The position numbers and the translations under genes are program-made. A stretch of DNA of 64,000 nucleotides from Planctomycetota bacterium (GTDB taxonomy: Bacteria; Planctomycetota; UBA8108; SXIK01): contig OZ244999.1 of the NCBI GenBank assembly GCA_965223265.1, positions 7,840,001 through 7,904,000 of the forward strand, written 5' to 3'. The notes under the pieces are model-generated. The model was not told the DNA's origin, ran no database searches, and saw nothing but the letters and a program-made list of their open reading frames with translations. Below, in pieces: positions 54,401 through 63,740 of this stretch; the first letter of the stretch is position 1; every line of letters starts with the position of its first letter.

Positions 54401-54536
54401 AGCCGATGAGCTCACGCCCGGCGTCCGCAGGACTCTTCTCACTCGCTCGCAGCTCACGCACCTCCTGTTCGAACGCAAGTACGAAGGCGAACAGTCCGAC
54501 AATTGTCGTTGCCAGAAACCGCGTGTGTACGTTCAT
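51435..54536 (-). CDS. Planctomycete cytochrome c + DUF1549 + DUF1553 (PSD1) protein
   Basis: CFSCHG..GGLRLD, MPP, HWAF, WLDLARYADSDGYEKD, CAQCHSHKYDP and NTPLQAL motifs. Confidence 0.93.
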   Translation of the reverse strand: MNVHTRFLATTIVGLFAFVLAFEQEVRELRASEKSPADAGRELIGSRCFSCHGAQKQEGGLRLDSRNRALEGGDSGVVIVAGKSAESDVLRRVTSESPEERMPPEGDPLTRREIEALRAWIDSGFEWPRGTENHGVESDHWAFQPVDDPAPPAVEDVAWVRNPIDRFVLHRLEAEGMAPSAAASRETLMRRLWLDLAGLPPAAEEVTAYLEDEEPGAYERVVDRLLASPHFAERWGRHWLDLARYADSDGYEKDRPRPHAWRYRNWVIDAFAADLPFDQFTLEQLAGDLLSRPSLEQRVATGFHRNTLTNTEGGVDQEEFRIKATVDRVNTTGSVWLGLTVGCAQCHSHKYDPLSQREYYGLFAFFNTVKEENISAPLPAEQAAYLAAKDVHDKAHAELVEAFERAEVDGEAIERRRREWERTGEFVDWQIALPKSAKARRESTLSIEADGFIVAGGESPSGETYTVEFDTPASGIRSVRVDVAGVIAAVAEGATGGVGEARAGRGKDGSFALTRFALEAAPLADESKDPQPVELLAAAASSEREGHAPRLAIDADGRSGWQPSAGSDEAHFISFESREPVGFEGGTRLRVRLEQEAGESRTIRRFRLRFSTASPARRTPPPEVASIVTKAAAARSDEEVRRIADYYQRVDSELVRLRRQIELSQRAAPPPPSTQAQTIAEHEPRRDTHVLIRGNFLDRGVTVEPATPEVLQEFAPRGEVPNRIDLVDWLMDPQNPLTARVAANRIWQRLFGAGIVGTPEDFGVRGEKPTHPKLLDWLARRYRREGWSLKRMIKLIVTSATYRQASDLRPELLEVDSKNQLLARQNRVRLEAEAVRDVFLTSSGLLHRALGGPSVRPQLPEGVKELGYANSVRWPTSNGKDRFRRGLYIFFQRTVPYPMLMTFDAPDSNVTCVRRRSSNTPLQALTLLNDPVFFECSQALGLLLTRDAAEASPTARSRQVFLRCVSRLPTAAEQAEVLRLYDDLVSRYRDSPSAAQALVGQDAELQGENLARGAAWVAIARVLLNLDEVITRG

Positions 54537-55039
54537 GGGATCTTGCGCGAAGGTCGTTGCGTCAAATGTTGTCGTCAAGGAAGTTCGGACGGATTCGAAC
54601 CTCCGAGGCCTCGCCAAGGCCGCTTCCCGAAAGACGTCACGGGAGGCACCGTGAAGCAAAGAAATCCGCTTTCAAAAGCCGTAACTTTAGTGGACCATAG
54701 GCGTTGTTTCATGTCCAGTTTCCGACCTCGTCACAGACGCTCGCCGGTGAACCCCGTAGACTCTAACTGCCTTTGCACGCAGACTCTGCGGCGGGCGGCA
54801 CCACCGCTCGAGGCCCGATCAACGGGTGCGATCGAGCCACGTGGACCGTCGATTCGCGGCGCCAAACGCCCGACGCACTGCCGCTCCGAACGGCGCGCTC
54901 AAGCGCAGCCGCGCAAGAGCTAAGTCGATTTCGGCCGAAGAAGACCTCACAGGCTGAACGTCGCGGCGAACGAGCCGGCGCGTTCACCTCGACGTCGGTA
55001 GGCTACGCAAGACGGAGACTCCGAGACAGACGTCGCGCC

Positions 55040-55372
55040 ATGAAGAGTCAATGCACCGATTCCACTACTGCGACCGCGGGTTCGCCCGGCGTACTGGAGC
55101 GACCCGAGAGCGAAACCAACACGCTCACGCAGCGTGATCGCCTGTGGAACGTCGTCGTCTGGAACGACCCGATCAACCTCATGTCCTACGTCACGTATGT
55201 CTTCCAAAAGCTCTTCGGCTACTCTCACGAGAAGGCGTCACAACTCATGCGCGAAGTGCATCATCAAGGCCGATCGATCGTCGCTTCCGTCGAACGTGAG
55301 AAAGCAGAGTACTTTGTTGGACGGCTGCACGAGTACGGTCTGCAGGCGACCCTGGAAAAGCCAGGTGAATGA
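55040..55372 (+). CDS. clpS: ATP-dependent Clp protease adaptor ClpS
   Basis: WNVVVWNDPINLMSYVTYVFQKLFGY...VHHQGRSIV...LHEYGLQATL. Confidence 0.9.
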   Translation: MKSQCTDSTTATAGSPGVLERPESETNTLTQRDRLWNVVVWNDPINLMSYVTYVFQKLFGYSHEKASQLMREVHHQGRSIVASVEREKAEYFVGRLHEYGLQATLEKPGE

Positions 55373-55899
55373 TGCTGAAGGTGAGACGCGGCAACGGTGG
55401 CGATTTCGAAGTGGAGATTCCTCCAGGTCTCGTCGACCCGCTTCGGACTTTGCCGGCGAAACTGCGCTTTTTGATCGAACGACCAGATTTCAGCAACAAG
55501 GTCGTACAGCGGCTCTTCCCACCGGCGTATCACGACCGCGAGCGTGCTGACGAGTACCGTCGACTGCTCGGTTATGAGCTGGTGCAGCGAAAGTTGGAGC
55601 ACCTCGAGCTCTTCGAGGAGTCCCTCGCGCAGTGCCGACGGCGCTGGAGAGGGGCTAAGCTCGTGGTCCCTGCGAAGCGTTTCGACGCCTGGCTCGGTGC
55701 TTTGAACGATCTGCGACTCCTCATCGGCACTGAACTCGACATCACCGAGGACTCGTGGCAAGCCCCCGTCGACGAAGACGACCCGAAGGCCGAGAGTTTC
55801 ATGCTGTTTCATGTCCTGAGCATCCTCGAGGAGGCTCTCGTGTACGCCACAGGACTTCTGCCAGAGCCACCTTCCGGAGACGACGACAAGCGGCGCTGA
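55369..55899 (+). CDS. DUF2017-like protein
   Basis: RLFPPAY..EYRRL..L...K and AWLGALNDLRLLIGTELDITED motifs; ATGA overlap with clpS. Confidence 0.8.
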   Translation: MMLKVRRGNGGDFEVEIPPGLVDPLRTLPAKLRFLIERPDFSNKVVQRLFPPAYHDRERADEYRRLLGYELVQRKLEHLELFEESLAQCRRRWRGAKLVVPAKRFDAWLGALNDLRLLIGTELDITEDSWQAPVDEDDPKAESFMLFHVLSILEEALVYATGLLPEPPSGDDDKRR

Positions 55900-55984
55900 C
55901 GGACAGAAGCAGAGGCAGAGGGCGGCGGGAGACGCGGACGCAGAGACAGGGGGCAAAGGCGAGGACGGACGCGCTCGGCCACCG

Positions 55985-56731
55985 TCAACTCTTTGCGATC
56001 TTGCGCTGTGGCGTGCGTTTCGGTTGTTCGTCCGGCCAGTGCGCGACCTTCCAGAGGTAGAGGCAGGCCACGCTGCGATACGGCGACCAGCGCGCCGCGA
56101 CGGTTGCGATTTCGCCCGCCGAAAGCTCTCTGCCTTCAACTCGCTGGACTGCGGTGCGCAGTGCCAGATCGCCGACCGAAAAAACGTCGAGGCGCCCGAG
56201 TGAGAAGATCAGAAACATTTCCGCCGTCCAAACGCCGACGCCCGGAATCTGCGTCAAGCGTCGAATCACCTCGTCGTCATCAAGTCGCGCCAGGCGCAAG
56301 CGTCCAAGGCCGCCCTCAGTGAACGCCGCCGCGAGCTCGCGTAAATAGCGGACTTTCTGCCGCGACAATCCGGTGGTGCGAAGCACCTGATCGCTGAGCC
56401 CGAACAGAGCGTCCGCGCGTGGTCTCCCTGACGGAAAGAGCGCGGCGAAACGCGCATAGATACTCGCCGCCGCTCGCGCGCCGATTTGTTGTGAGACAAT
56501 GGACCGCGACAGCGCGACAAAGTAGGGTCGCTGGCGCCGCAGTGTCACGTGACCGATGCGGTCGATCCAGTCGCCCAGCTTCCGATCACGACGCGCCAAC
56601 TCGAGGGAACCCTGGCGCAGACTCGCACGCGTCAGCCGTAGCTCGTGGCGACCAGTTTGAACGCGCCTTGAAGCCTCGCCCATAGCGCCGGAGTCCGTTG
56701 TCCGCGTCCTGCCTCTCTTGCCAGCGGTCAC
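55985..56731 (-). CDS. alkA: DNA-3-methyladenine glycosylase II (AlkA-like, HhH-GPD)
   Basis: IVSQQ, GLSRQK, IPGVGVWTAEMFLIF..DVF..GDL and WSPYRS motifs. Confidence 0.85.
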   Translation of the reverse strand: MTAGKRGRTRTTDSGAMGEASRRVQTGRHELRLTRASLRQGSLELARRDRKLGDWIDRIGHVTLRRQRPYFVALSRSIVSQQIGARAAASIYARFAALFPSGRPRADALFGLSDQVLRTTGLSRQKVRYLRELAAAFTEGGLGRLRLARLDDDEVIRRLTQIPGVGVWTAEMFLIFSLGRLDVFSVGDLALRTAVQRVEGRELSAGEIATVAARWSPYRSVACLYLWKVAHWPDEQPKRTPQRKIAKS

Positions 56732-59700
56732 GGCGTGTCAGGGATGGTGTTGAGCGTGTAGTAAGCCAACTGCGGAAACATTCCCTCGGATCGTAGCGGC
56801 TGCAGCCGCAGCTCGTAGACATACCCCGGTCGCAGGCTCGACACCGTGAGGCGAACTCGAGTGCGATCCTCGCTCAGCTCGACACGCTCGAGCGCGACGC
56901 GATGTCGGTCCTGATCGGGACTGTTGTAGCCGCCCTTCCAGACGCGGGTGAACGCCGCCAGGGCGTAGTTCTCCGGTGCTGAGGCCAGTGTCGGATCAGC
57001 CGCGGATGTCAGGTCGACCTCGAAACCGGTGGCGAACGCCCGCACTTCGCGAATTCCAAACGGAAGAGAATTAAGATCGAAGCGCAGACGCACTACGGAG
57101 CCGATGTTACTTCCACCACCCCAACCAGAGTCACGTATCGACCCGACGTAGATGGTTCCGTCCGAGCGCGCCGCAGCGCACAGCGGACCAAGGAATCCGT
57201 CGGCACCATCACGCGCCTCGCTGAACGGATAGCAGGCACCTTGGTACGTCGTGCCGACGCGCTGCAGCGTGAATCGCACAAGTCGCCGATTGTCATACTC
57301 ACAAGCAATCCCGTGCGAGGTGAACGGTCCCAGAGCACCTTCCGCCTCGAGAAAGTGAATGCCATTGACGCTCCGCATCCACGGATGCGGAATCTTGATT
57401 GCCGGCGGCTCACCAACCTCGCCGCGATCAGACTCTGGATCGTGAAGACTCGGCACGCCGTAGATCTTGCCAGCACGCAGGTGGTTGATCTCGTTGAATG
57501 TGTTCCCAACGCCTTGGTTGTCGGTAAAGAAGATCTCGCCGGCGCGATTTTGGGCCACCCCAGTCGGGTAGCGAAGCCCTCGCGCCACCTCCGAGACTTC
57601 GCCCTTGGGGTCAACGCGGATCGCTTTGCCGCGCCAGCGTGAAGTGGAACGTGAGCGGCCTGCTTGGTTGTAATCGCTTCCCAGCGCCAAATAGTAGCCG
57701 TCGTCACGCCGCGCAAGACCGAACACCCAGTCGTGGTAATCATGCGTCAGGCCCCAACCAGCGCCAACAATGACAGCGCGATCAAAAAAAGCGTCGCGAT
57801 CCGAATCAATGAGGCGCACCAGATCTGGTTTCTCGCTGACAAGGAGATCGTCGCCGTCGAAGAGAAGACCGAACGGCGCAGCGAATACATCACTGATCGG
57901 TTCGGCGCGATCTTCCGCGCCGTCTCCGTCACCATCGACCAGGCGCACAATCTCGCCACGCAGCGAGCTGACGTACGCAACACCGTGGGCGTCGAACGCG
58001 ATGCGTGTCGGCATGACAGTTTGGGGAAGTCGAAGGCGTTCAGCGCGGAAACCAGGGACGATCCCGGCGTCGACCTCGACGAACTCGGTTGCCGCCAACG
58101 ACGCAGCGGTGGCAGACGACGCATCTGGCTCGATACCAGCATTTGTCGCCGCAGCGGAAACGGGTTCCACCGCCGCACGAGAGCGTAGCGCATACTCAAC
58201 GACGAACTCCGTGTCCGACGCGGAGAAGGCAAACACCCGAGCGAACTCGGTGTCGCGAGCCGCCGTGTCGTCTCCCGGCCGTTCGTCCTTAGCAAACAGC
58301 TGCGGCACGTCGGCGACTTGCAGTTCGCGCCGCACGACGTCGCCGGCCTTGCTCCGCACCGCGATTTGAGCCGCCCCGCTCGCCGACGCGACGCCAAGGG
58401 ACGCGGATTGACCCCGATGATCCTTGACGAGATCTGGCGGCAAAGCGATCAGCACTGCTGGTCGAACAACTTGTGAAGATGGGCTGTTCGCCAGTTGCGG
58501 GCTCATCGCGAGCTTCAATCGACGGCGGATCCCACGTCGCGAGCCATCGTCAAAGGCTTCAACGGTCTCTCGCACTCGCAATTGAAACGGCGCAACGTCG
58601 TCTCTGGGCGGCGCGAAGCGGAGCGTGTAGTCGAGCTCAACCACGCCGCCGCGACGATGTCGCCATTCATGCAGCTGGCCCACGCTTTGCCCCACACTGC
58701 CGTCCTTCGCCTCGGGCATCGGCAACGCGACGGCACCGCCCGAGAGCTCGACCGCTAGCGGCGGCGACGATGGAAGCCGCGGCAGCACGGGAACTCCGAC
58801 GGGCTCCCAAAACCATGTCTTGCCACGCGTGTACTCACCGGCAAAACCGCCGACCCACCAAGCGCGCGGCGCGAGCTGATCGAGGTCGTAGAGGACATGC
58901 TGCCCCGAGGGTGTCCCGACAGCGAAAGCGCGGGCAGTCCAGCCGTCGCCGAAGGGCGGACGGTGTCGAAAGACGTCACGGACGATGACCGCTCGGCCAT
59001 CCGGGAGTGGCTGCAGGCGCCGCACGGGAGCGCTTTCGGGCGGGGCAGAAAAACGCGGCGAGTTGAGAACGTGCCAGAGCGCCTCCATTTGGTGGTGTCG
59101 ATTGCCACCGAGAAGGGAAGACATGCCGTCCGGAATCGCCGGCATCTCGATGCCGGGTGCGACGCGCGTAGGATTCTTCATCCAACGGTGAAACCAGTCG
59201 CGACGATGCGTCTCGGCGATGGATTTCAGATTCGGACCGCGCGCGTTCGGCGCAACGCCACGCGGCACAAAGGCACCGAGGTCGTGGCAGGACGCGCAGC
59301 CAAATCCAGCGGCGCCGAGTAGGCGATGCCCGGCCACAAAGAGCTCGCCCGCCGGCGGCAGCGCGCGCTGAGGAGCGCTGGCCGGAACACGATCTTGTGC
59401 GGTAAAGTACTCTTCGATCAGACGCGCTTGACTCTTCGGCAAGTGATGAAAGTGCGGCATGCTCACGCGCAGCCAGCCTCGCCGCTCCGGCGCATCTTCC
59501 GCGACGCGCGCCGCAATCACGCCGTCGCGGAATTTGTCTCCGACTGCATTCAGCGACGGCGCCCGCAGCGCCCCCTCGAGACCGCGAAGGCTCGGCTCGC
59601 GCGCGACGACTTGTGGAATCACGGTGACGATCCCCTCGCCGGCGCCGCGCCGATGACAATTGAGGCAGCCCTCGTCCTCGAGGAGCTGTCGGCCGAGCGC

Positions 59701-61209
59701 GGGTGAACTCGCGGCCGTATCGGGATGCACATTGCTGAGGAACACCTTCAGCGCGTCCCGGTCCGCGTCGTCGAGAACAAAGTGAGGTCGGAACGAACCG
59801 AGCGGCGGCGCGACAAGGCAGCTTCGGCGCCAGTCAAGCCGGCGCGCTGCACTCAGAGGCGGTGCCTTGCTCTTCACACCCGCCGTGCTCCCCACACCAC
59901 TCGATGCGCGCGGCCGATCGCCAGGCAGTTCGTGGCAGGCACCGCAGCTCCACGCGTCGACGAGCTGTCGACCCATAGCAACCGCCTGCTCCTCAGCGGC
60001 GCTAGCGCGATCGCTGTGGTGCTTAACGACTGCCCGGGTAAGAAACGCTGCGACATGCTCGCGCTCGAATTCATGCCAATGAAACTCCGGCCGATGGACT
60101 CGCTCTGGGTGCTCGTCGTCGTCACCGAGATAGCGGATGATCGCCGCAGCGTCACGATGCTCCCCGGCGCGATCAAGAGCACCGCCCAACGGGCTGGAGG
60201 AAACGCCGAGGCCGTCCACCGAGTGACACGCCAGGCAACCAAGCTCGTAGACAAGTCGACGCCCTTCAGCAGGGTCCGGCGTCGGCGGCTTGCCCCGCTT
60301 CTTGTTGTTCTTCTTGCCGGCGCCGGCGTCATGGTCATGATCGTGGTCGTGATGGTCAGACACCGACCTGGGCGTCGCCGACGCCTTCAGGTACGCGGCC
60401 ATCGACTTGACCGCATTCCGCGACAGATGAAACTCCGGCATTCGACTGCCGGCATGGGCTGTGCGCGCCGATGCGAGACGAGCCAAGAGATAGTCGTCTC
60501 GTAGCTCCGCGCCGACGTGCACGAGAGACGGCGCGCGGCGCGGTGGTAATAGACCAGGAATCTCGTGGCAGGCAGTACAAGCGAGACGGCGCGCCAGCGC
60601 TGCGCCGCGCTCGAAACTTTCGCCAATCTCGTGTCGCACTCGCGACGCTGTACTCGCGGCGTGGAAAAGCGTGCCAACGCCAAGAGGTTCTGGTGCCAGA
60701 GCCGCTGACTGCCAATAGACGCCAAGCTCGCGTCGCTCGCTGGCGCTCGTATAGTCGACTTCGATCTCCGTTTCACCGTACTCGAGCGCCACAGGTTTGG
60801 ATTCAAGCCAAGTGGCATCAGCGTGCGAAGCGTCGAAGATGATGCGGTCCGCAATCCGTAGCCGCACGCGGCCCGCGACTCGTAGTCGAAACGTGTACTC
60901 GCCGTCGTCGGGCACGAGTACGTAGCCTCTCCAAGTCATGCGAAACGGCCCACGGTCGAGTCGCAAGTCTGGCGCCCCGTCATCCCAGCGAAAGACGAGC
61001 GTCGTATCGACCCGGTAAGCGAACGGTGTCGCCGCGGCAGGGTCGGCGTAGATCGACGCTGCAAGCCCTGGCTCGAGGTCAACGTCGGCGGCGAGCTCTT
61101 CGGATGCGACCACCGGCGCACGCGCGAGATCGCCTGTGAACACAATCACAGACGCGGCCGTGAAGACGAGCGCCGGAGCGAGGCGCGCGGTGTGGCGTGT
61201 CAGCGACAC
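56728..61209 (-). CDS. Large secreted multihaem cytochrome c with PA14 domain and C-terminal beta-propeller (PVC dehydrogenase-like)
   Basis: PA14-like region, five CxxCH motifs (CTACH, CLACH, CGACH, CLNCH, CASCH), and propeller motifs GLRYPTG and TDNQG...EINH. Start uncertain (frame open to 61434). Confidence 0.85.
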   Translation of the reverse strand: MSLTRHTARLAPALVFTAASVIVFTGDLARAPVVASEELAADVDLEPGLAASIYADPAAATPFAYRVDTTLVFRWDDGAPDLRLDRGPFRMTWRGYVLVPDDGEYTFRLRVAGRVRLRIADRIIFDASHADATWLESKPVALEYGETEIEVDYTSASERRELGVYWQSAALAPEPLGVGTLFHAASTASRVRHEIGESFERGAALARRLACTACHEIPGLLPPRRAPSLVHVGAELRDDYLLARLASARTAHAGSRMPEFHLSRNAVKSMAAYLKASATPRSVSDHHDHDHDHDAGAGKKNNKKRGKPPTPDPAEGRRLVYELGCLACHSVDGLGVSSSPLGGALDRAGEHRDAAAIIRYLGDDDEHPERVHRPEFHWHEFEREHVAAFLTRAVVKHHSDRASAAEEQAVAMGRQLVDAWSCGACHELPGDRPRASSGVGSTAGVKSKAPPLSAARRLDWRRSCLVAPPLGSFRPHFVLDDADRDALKVFLSNVHPDTAASSPALGRQLLEDEGCLNCHRRGAGEGIVTVIPQVVAREPSLRGLEGALRAPSLNAVGDKFRDGVIAARVAEDAPERRGWLRVSMPHFHHLPKSQARLIEEYFTAQDRVPASAPQRALPPAGELFVAGHRLLGAAGFGCASCHDLGAFVPRGVAPNARGPNLKSIAETHRRDWFHRWMKNPTRVAPGIEMPAIPDGMSSLLGGNRHHQMEALWHVLNSPRFSAPPESAPVRRLQPLPDGRAVIVRDVFRHRPPFGDGWTARAFAVGTPSGQHVLYDLDQLAPRAWWVGGFAGEYTRGKTWFWEPVGVPVLPRLPSSPPLAVELSGGAVALPMPEAKDGSVGQSVGQLHEWRHRRGGVVELDYTLRFAPPRDDVAPFQLRVRETVEAFDDGSRRGIRRRLKLAMSPQLANSPSSQVVRPAVLIALPPDLVKDHRGQSASLGVASASGAAQIAVRSKAGDVVRRELQVADVPQLFAKDERPGDDTAARDTEFARVFAFSASDTEFVVEYALRSRAAVEPVSAAATNAGIEPDASSATAASLAATEFVEVDAGIVPGFRAERLRLPQTVMPTRIAFDAHGVAYVSSLRGEIVRLVDGDGDGAEDRAEPISDVFAAPFGLLFDGDDLLVSEKPDLVRLIDSDRDAFFDRAVIVGAGWGLTHDYHDWVFGLARRDDGYYLALGSDYNQAGRSRSTSRWRGKAIRVDPKGEVSEVARGLRYPTGVAQNRAGEIFFTDNQGVGNTFNEINHLRAGKIYGVPSLHDPESDRGEVGEPPAIKIPHPWMRSVNGIHFLEAEGALGPFTSHGIACEYDNRRLVRFTLQRVGTTYQGACYPFSEARDGADGFLGPLCAAARSDGTIYVGSIRDSGWGGGSNIGSVVRLRFDLNSLPFGIREVRAFATGFEVDLTSAADPTLASAPENYALAAFTRVWKGGYNSPDQDRHRVALERVELSEDRTRVRLTVSSLRPGYVYELRLQPLRSEGMFPQLAYYTLNTIPDTP

Positions 61210-61605
61210 CCGGCGCACGCGAGAAGAATTGAGCACGACACCTCCCAGCAAAGCGATCAAGGCAAGTTCCAAACTGAATCGAAAAGTAAGAATCTGAACG
61301 CTCCGTCGACCCGAAGGATCGCGAGCACCGCTGGCGACCGCTCTGCCTCGATTTTCACAGGCGCGCATCACGTGCCACGGGAAGACGAAGACGAAGCCAT
61401 CAGGCAGCGGGCCTGCGACGATCCCCGTCGTCACCGGGAGTACAGAGTACAGCCGCTCCTTGACGATTGCCAGCCGAGGCGTCGTTCGTTCACGCCCCCG
61501 CGCTCACGATGTCGAACAAGCTCCATTTCCTCATCCTTTTTGTTGGCCGCTGTACTAAGATGTCTCGATCAGGGCGACGAATTCAACTCGACGACGTGGA
61601 GTCCC

Positions 61606-62517
61606 ATGCGCCTGTTCACTCTCATTCTTCTCCTCGAACTCTTGAGCACTCTCGCGCCCAAACTGGCAGTGAAGTTCGGGTTTCCCGAACATCGCCGGCA
61701 CGCATACCTCTCAGCGGCGCCGAAGTTGCTCGCAGAAAGCCTCAGCCTCGGCGAGCACGTCTACGGACCCCGGGCGACGCTCCGTGGCCTCGAGGGGCGC
61801 GTCGTTCTCTTCGAAGTCTGGGGACTTGGATGCATAGAGTGTCGACGCACGATGCCCGATCTCATCGAACTGCAGGAGAAATACCGCCACCGCGGGCTCG
61901 TGATCATCGCCTCGCACAATCAACGCCTCGCCTCGGAACGCGTGATCGAATACGCGAAGAAAGAAGGTATCAACTTCACCGTCACGTCATTCGGTAGGAT
62001 TCACCTGTTCAACCGACTCGAAGGCATGCCAGCCGCCTATTTGTTCGACCCAAACGGACGCATGGTGCGAGCGGGGCGTCCGCGAGAGATCAAGGAGCGC
62101 GTCATCCGATTGCTCGATCGTGAACCTCACTGGCTGACACGCGGACGAACACTCGGGCCGCTCAAAGAATTCGACGCCAAGCTCAAGGCGCGCCCGGCGT
62201 ACGGTGAAATCCTGCGGCAGCTTGAGACACGCCGCGGCGAAGGCGGCGAGGTCGAAGACGAAGCGACGTTTTTGATCCAACGGCTACGTGGCTACGGCCG
62301 CAAGCGTCTGCGAGACGCGAAGAGACTCGAGGTCGGTCAACCGCAGCGAGCGCGGTCGGAGTATCGCGAAATCGCGGCGTGGTGGGCGGGTGACCGCATC
62401 GCCGACAAGGCGAAAACGCGCCTCAAGGATCTCGAAGCCGAAGCCAAGAGCGCGGGCACGAGGAACGAAGAGAGCGACACCGACGGCGACGGCCGGAGCG
62501 GAGCAGAAAGGGAGTAG
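61606..62517 (+). CDS. TlpA/ResA-like thiol-disulfide oxidoreductase with helical C-terminal extension
   Basis: LEGRVVLFEVWGLGCIECRRTMPDL and GMPAAYLFDPNG motifs; hydrophobic N-terminus. Confidence 0.85.
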   Translation: MRLFTLILLLELLSTLAPKLAVKFGFPEHRRHAYLSAAPKLLAESLSLGEHVYGPRATLRGLEGRVVLFEVWGLGCIECRRTMPDLIELQEKYRHRGLVIIASHNQRLASERVIEYAKKEGINFTVTSFGRIHLFNRLEGMPAAYLFDPNGRMVRAGRPREIKERVIRLLDREPHWLTRGRTLGPLKEFDAKLKARPAYGEILRQLETRRGEGGEVEDEATFLIQRLRGYGRKRLRDAKRLEVGQPQRARSEYREIAAWWAGDRIADKAKTRLKDLEAEAKSAGTRNEESDTDGDGRSGAERE

Positions 62518-62521
62518 AGCT

Positions 62522-63664
62522 GTGGTTCCCAGGCGATTTAACCAGCTTGGCGGTGTCGGAATCGCTCTCCTCGCAATGTCGTTTGCAGGCGAATGCGGCC
62601 CCGCCTCGCTCGCCGGTGGCGACGACGGTTGGCGCGGCGCACACATCGACAGCGTCGCTGGCAGCGGCAAAGACGCTCTCGATCTCTTCGCAGGCACGGC
62701 TGAGGAGGTGAACATCGCGCAGCCGTTCGGCGTCGAAGTCGGCCCGGGCGGCGCGCTGTACATTTGCGAAGTGGGCAACCACCGCGTGCTGCGTCTCGAG
62801 AGCGGCCGCGTCACTACCGTTGCGGGTAGCGGCGAGCAAGGGTACGCCGGCGACGGTGGGCCGGCAACCAAAGCGAAACTCAACGAACCTTATGAGCTTC
62901 GATTCGACAAGGGGGGACACATGTTCGTCGTGGAGATGCGCGGCGCGGTCGTCCGCCGTGTCGACGGCGCGACGGGCACGATTTCTACGATTGCAGGCAC
63001 GGGGAAACAAGGCTACTCCGGCGACGGCGGGCCGGCGACAAAAGCCGAGCTTCGCAGCCCGCACAGTATTGCCCTCGATCGACATGACAACCTCTACATC
63101 GCCGACATCGGCAACCACCGCATCCGCCGCGTCGACTTGGAGAGCGGCCTGATCGAATCGATCGCCGGCAACGGCGAACGCAAGCAGCCAGTCGACGGCG
63201 CAGTCGCTACTGGTCGCCCGATGATCGGGCCACGCGCGCTGCACATCACAGGCGAAACGCTATGGATCGCGCTACGCGAGGGTCACAGCGTGTGGAAGAT
63301 GGATCTCAAGACGCGGAGGTTATCTCACATCGCCGGGTCCGGCACGAAGGGGTATCGCGATGGCATCGGATCGGAGGTCATGTTCAACGGCCCCAAAGGA
63401 ATCGTCGCGGACGCGGAGGCAATACTTTACGTCGTCGACACCGAGAATCAGACGATCCGCCGTGTCGACAGCGCTACCGGCACGACGACGACGGTTGCGG
63501 GCGGCGGACCCGACGCACGTGGTGACGGCGGCGACGGGGGGCCTGCGCTGCAGGCAAAAATGGATCGCCCACATGGTATCGCCGTCGACGCCGACGGAGT
63601 TCTCTACGTCGGCGACACCAACAACCATCGCGTCCGCAGGATTCGGCGCTCGACCTCACGCTGA
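62522..63664 (+). CDS. NHL-repeat beta-propeller protein
   Basis: Repeated IAGxG..GYxGDGGPAT.A.L..P..I..D...LYIAD..NHRIR units. Confidence 0.92.
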   Translation: MVPRRFNQLGGVGIALLAMSFAGECGPASLAGGDDGWRGAHIDSVAGSGKDALDLFAGTAEEVNIAQPFGVEVGPGGALYICEVGNHRVLRLESGRVTTVAGSGEQGYAGDGGPATKAKLNEPYELRFDKGGHMFVVEMRGAVVRRVDGATGTISTIAGTGKQGYSGDGGPATKAELRSPHSIALDRHDNLYIADIGNHRIRRVDLESGLIESIAGNGERKQPVDGAVATGRPMIGPRALHITGETLWIALREGHSVWKMDLKTRRLSHIAGSGTKGYRDGIGSEVMFNGPKGIVADAEAILYVVDTENQTIRRVDSATGTTTTVAGGGPDARGDGGDGGPALQAKMDRPHGIAVDADGVLYVGDTNNHRVRRIRRSTSR

Positions 63665-63740
63665 GCCGCGCCACGCGCGCGCCGCAACGATACGCGCACG
63701 GTTTTGCGCGGCTGTGTCTGATCCTCGGGGCTTGGCGGCT

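Noticed and set aside
54579-54660. Possible tRNA gene (GGTTCGAATCC on the minus strand)
   Set aside because: No D-arm or anticodon arm geometry and no proper acceptor stem; kept only as a low-interest structured leader.
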